Shown here: piece by piece, positions 60,343-64,000 of the stretch
How positions within the stretch are numbered: position 1 is the stretch's first letter
Layout: each line of letters starts with the position of its first letter
NCBI GenBank assembly: GCA_020891255.1
Contig: BQFW01000001.1
Coordinates: 620,001 to 684,000, forward strand
Direction: 5' to 3'
Source of the DNA: Entomortierella parvispora E1425
Taxonomy: Eukaryota > Fungi > Mortierellomycota
DNA length: 64,000 bases
Position numbers and translations under genes: made by a program
Notes under the pieces: generated by a model
The model's database searches: none
What the model saw: the letters and a program-made list of their open reading frames with translations, nothing else
Told to the model about the DNA's origin: nothing

Positions 60343-63336
60343 TTATAGGTCATTATACACCACAACGCAACCTGGGACCCTCTCCTCTATCAGTTTGGTG
60401 TAGTACTCCAGGTACATGCTAGTCCTGTCAGCAGGGCGAATCTCAAAGATCAACTCCTTGAGTGCCCATTGCCCCTCAATTGAAGTTGGCACAGATTCAA
60501 CCACAGACTGGTAGTACGTCAAGGATGCGGTCGGACTGTATATGTGGAAATGTAGCTTCTCCAGTTTGGTGAAGTCGAAGGAACTCATCAGTGTCTTAGG
60601 ATCAAAGTTCTTGTTCATAACGTTGATTCTCAATTTCATCGATTTAAGGCCAGGAATAGTCCGGACCATTCTTGCAATATTCTCAGTCCTCTCTTGCTCG
60701 TACGTTCCAACGCTAAGGGTAATATCTAGACTCTCAAGCCTTGAGGAATGGAAACGATCAAGGGTATGGTTGCTACCGAGGAGACCTGACTTTGAGACCG
60801 CGTTTTGTCTCTCTTGATGACATATCTTCATCGCTTCCAACATAGCTTGTATGTCGCCGTTGTCAAAGAACGTCAGCTGAAGATTGGTACATTGAGGCAA
60901 AAGCCAGGGCATCTTGCTCCAGAAGCGAATGGTGTACTCAATTTTACAGTCAATCTTGCAGTTCTCGGGGAGATTGGACTGCAAAAGTCGCTTCAGATGC
61001 ATCTGGCCATCAGTGCCTAGCTTTGATAACGAAAGAGGACCGGTGCCGACATTAAATCGTAGTAGCGTCAATTGACTGTCGCTTGCCAGCCTGTTCACCG
61101 CTGCAAGCAAAAGCTCAATATGAAGATCGGTTGTAGCATCGTCAACGCAATACATGTCCAGCCGAGATCCAAGAGCGGCCAAGACGGTGGCTCGGAAATC
61201 AGACTTGTACGAAGCTGACAGCTTGGACGACAAAGGGAATGTCCTGAGAGAGCTTGAATCAAGAGTGATATGAAAGAGGTCCGACACCACAGTCAACGTC
61301 TGGAATTGTCGATGATATGCCGTACAAGTACGCACCCACTCGACTGTCTTGTAGAAATCCTCGCTTGTACACTTTAACGAAAGCGTCTTCAGTTGAGAAG
61401 ATTGATCCACCAGGATTTGAAGGTTCTTGCCATCAGATTTCGGGTTGAAAATGGACTCGATCGAGACCTCGCGAAGGGGGGTTGGCTTCTTGGGGAAGGT
61501 GCTCGTTCGAGAAAAGAACTTATCTGCCATCAAGATCGATACACTCTGGATCTTGGTGTTCATCATGATGTGAGCCAGAGGATCGTAACGCTTCCCTCGG
61601 TTGAGGTTGTCTGTTGGAGGCGCCGCATGGTTCCGACAGTTCACACTGATCTTTGCCACATTCAAAGCTTGGAGGGTATCTCGGAGCTGCTTCAGATCAC
61701 CATAAGTCCAACTCCAGTCCAAAGTCAGTGTCAGCTCTTGAATGTTGCGCGCTTTGACCAAAAGACCATAAAACTCTCTGGCCAAGGACGCTGTTTTGAG
61801 TGTGACTGCCACCGTCCCCAGAGCCGGGTCATACTTGCCACCATTGAGATCCACATTCTCTGAAAACGCTTGAAGCGCCAGCTCGTTGTAGTTTTCACGG
61901 TAATGGTCAAGACAAACCCATTTGACATGGCCCTCTCTGGTTACCATCCTGTATAAGTTACCAAGCACCATCGCCTCATCTCGGTTCTTGAGGAAGTTCG
62001 CCACCTGTCTCAACTCTGCTCCCTCCAATGCCTGTGCTTGATCAACCTTTCCCTGTCCATCTGACACATCTGCGTCAAGTCCTTGCATCTTTTCAAGATA
62101 TGCGATCGCGGAGTCAACATGGGGCTCAATGTTTGCCTCGACGCTCTCAAGACCCTTTTGAACTTTATCCAGTCCATCTGCCAACTTAAGATGCGCCAAT
62201 GGGGGAACAATGTAGCCAGCAATCGATACTCCATGTTTGACCATCCGCAGCATTCCCAGGATGTAGACACCATATTTCTGAAAGAACTCGTTCGGTCGAT
62301 CAAGGTCATAGCCTTCGTGCTTGGCCATATGAATGTGATGAGGGATCTTGCTGTTGGTCGACTTGGTATGCTCGCCACACTCACACAAGAAGAAGAGCCG
62401 GAACTTGTCCGTGAACGGACTCAGGATATCCAATCGAGAACTCTCCTTGGGCAACACGATGAAGAGTCGAGGGATGGGATATTCGAGTAGCTCATATGTC
62501 TGAGTCAGGATGGCGCGGATCCCCTGTTGGATAGAAATCAACCGCTCGTTGGCTTGTCGTTGAAGCTCCATCATGTTTGTCATCATCTGCCTCATTTCCT
62601 CCTGAAGTCCTTTGTTTTCACCCATTTCGTTTTGGAGGATACCAAAGTGCTGACGGAACTCGGCTTTCAACGCCTCTGCTTGCTCCAATTGCCCAGTCTT
62701 CATGGAGGCCAGAAAGGACTCGTACAGCTGTCCTGATGTCTGCAATGAGGACCTTGCTGCCATTGTGATGGAGGATGGAAGGGCAGTCTGCGAAGAACCC
62801 ATGTCACTGGCGCCTCGATTCAGGTCCTGTCTTTTCATTACGGCGAGCCGGACAAGTCTCCCCACCACAGTATCCGATCCAGGGATAGTAGACACATCGG
62901 AAATCGATCCCGTAGAAACCACTGTTTCTTGAGTGGAGTATGATGTTGGACTCTGGGAAGATGAATCCGAAATGGATAAGGTCTCGACTGTGGAAGGGAT
63001 GGCGTCTGTGTTTTTCATGATAGCTTCCAGGATGACTCCTGGGTGATAGGGGATCCTTAGCGGCAGGATCCTACAAGAGTGCGTTGTATATTAGTTTAGT
63101 GCTCATTCGCAGTACCTCTTTGGAAACATGGGACCTTACTCCTCAAAGTCGTCGTTGACCATGAAAGAGACTATAGTATCATCGAATTGAACCGACTGAA
63201 GGTTCTCGAATGCAAACTGAATTCGGCTCCAGAGCACGATGTGACAATTGGTCTTGGGGTCCCAGAGGGCATTGATCTTGATGACAGGACCATCTGGGGA
63301 AGCTCGGAACGACTGGGAGACGGTGGCTATTGTCAT
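60343..63336 (-). CDS. Long LRR (RNI-like) protein with N-terminal small domain, coiled coil and conserved Cys/His central domain
   Basis: Exon 1 63336-63140, intron 63071-63139, exon 2 63070-60343. Motifs QSFR...IVLWSRIQ...LPLRIPYHPGV; TQTYELLEYPIPRLFIVLP; FRLFFLCECGEH...HEGYDLDRPNEFFQKYG; LEGAELRQ...LGNLYRMVTREGHVKWVCLDHY; then LxxLxL repeats. Confidence 0.82.
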
Positions 63337-63418
63337 TGAAAGTAGGACTTCACTTGGTTTTTGGACAAAAGAAGGTCAGGAGATGGAGAAAATGAGGATG
63401 GAGACGAGTCAAGAGTAC

Positions 63419-63450
<32 letters not shown>

Positions 63451-63655
63451 GAGCAGGGCAAACATTTTGCGTGCATGTGGCGTCGATCACTGGATTGCGG
63501 GCTGTGCTGGTGCCATCCCAGACTGGGACATTTCTGTCCTTGCGACTTGCCCTGGCGCATCAAGGTGTGTTGCTCTTGGTTGATTTGCCTGCTTTGAACT
63601 CCTAGCAACCACTAGCTAACCCTCGAGGAATCATCAGGAAGGACTGACAGACAGA

Positions 63656-63680
63656 CCAGACCAGACCAGACCAGACCAGA
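63656..63680 (+). repeat. (CCAGA)5 pentanucleotide microsatellite
   Basis: Five perfect units seen directly. Confidence 0.85.
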
Positions 63681-64000
63681 AAGAGCAGCGCAGACCGTTG
63701 ATTTGTCGCCACCAACTCGCGAATGGGATATTGGTGGCAAGCAGAGAACCAAAGCAGACAACCAACAGAGGCGCCACTCTCTGCACCCTCTCTGCTGTGC
63801 TCACCCGCCCCACCCTGAAGAAGCCGGGAACGTTCCGTCCAGAAAAGAGTCCGCGCTGCCTTTTGTGCTTTGCCCTGATTTCTAACTTTGCCATGGCTCT
63901 CTTTCTCACCCTTGCCTGTCCCCCCTTCGACTTTCTTTGTGCGTGCTTCGCCATGCTTGCCATCCCTACTCATATACAGCGCACAGCTGGCTCTCTGTCT

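Noticed and set aside
1-64000. rRNA, tRNA or bacterial (endosymbiont) DNA insert
   Set aside because: No rRNA or tRNA signature recognised by eye. Genes have spliceosomal introns or belong to fungal families, and there is no operon-like segment. A tRNAscan/Infernal run would be needed to exclude small RNAs.

Overview
Eukaryotic (fungal) genomic DNA with short GT-AG introns and long A/T homopolymers. The gene families (F-box/RNI-like LRR expansion, ARM-like/NACHT NLR, long LRR family) point to Mortierellaceae; this is inference, and no database search was run. From left to right the window holds: a very large spliced hybrid histidine kinase (kinase-like/AAA/GAF/PAS/HisKA/HATPase, running off the left edge); a Ulp1-type C48 protease with a damaged 5' end; a small secreted protein with two CC-x7-C-x4-C cores; three F-box-type genes; a disabled Crypton-type tyrosine-recombinase transposon; a housekeeping block (CENP-O-like, F-box/ankyrin, HVA22/REEP, ERG28, TFIIH SSL1); and an accessory right half. 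The right half carries three zf-3CxxC (RTP-like) paralogs with different N-terminal targeting signals, a NACHT NLR with ~18 variable HEAT repeats, three copies of an unknown repeat (full-length copies ~1.8-1.9 kb; two form a ~3.5 kb palindrome), a homeobox gene, and a long LRR gene followed by a diverged duplicate of its own C-terminus. The best leads are a possible innate-immunity neighbourhood (NLR, compartment-targeted 3CxxC proteins, LRR/F-box) and the dual-core Cys peptide precursor. I found no rRNA, tRNA or CRISPR array. Exon boundaries were read by eye.
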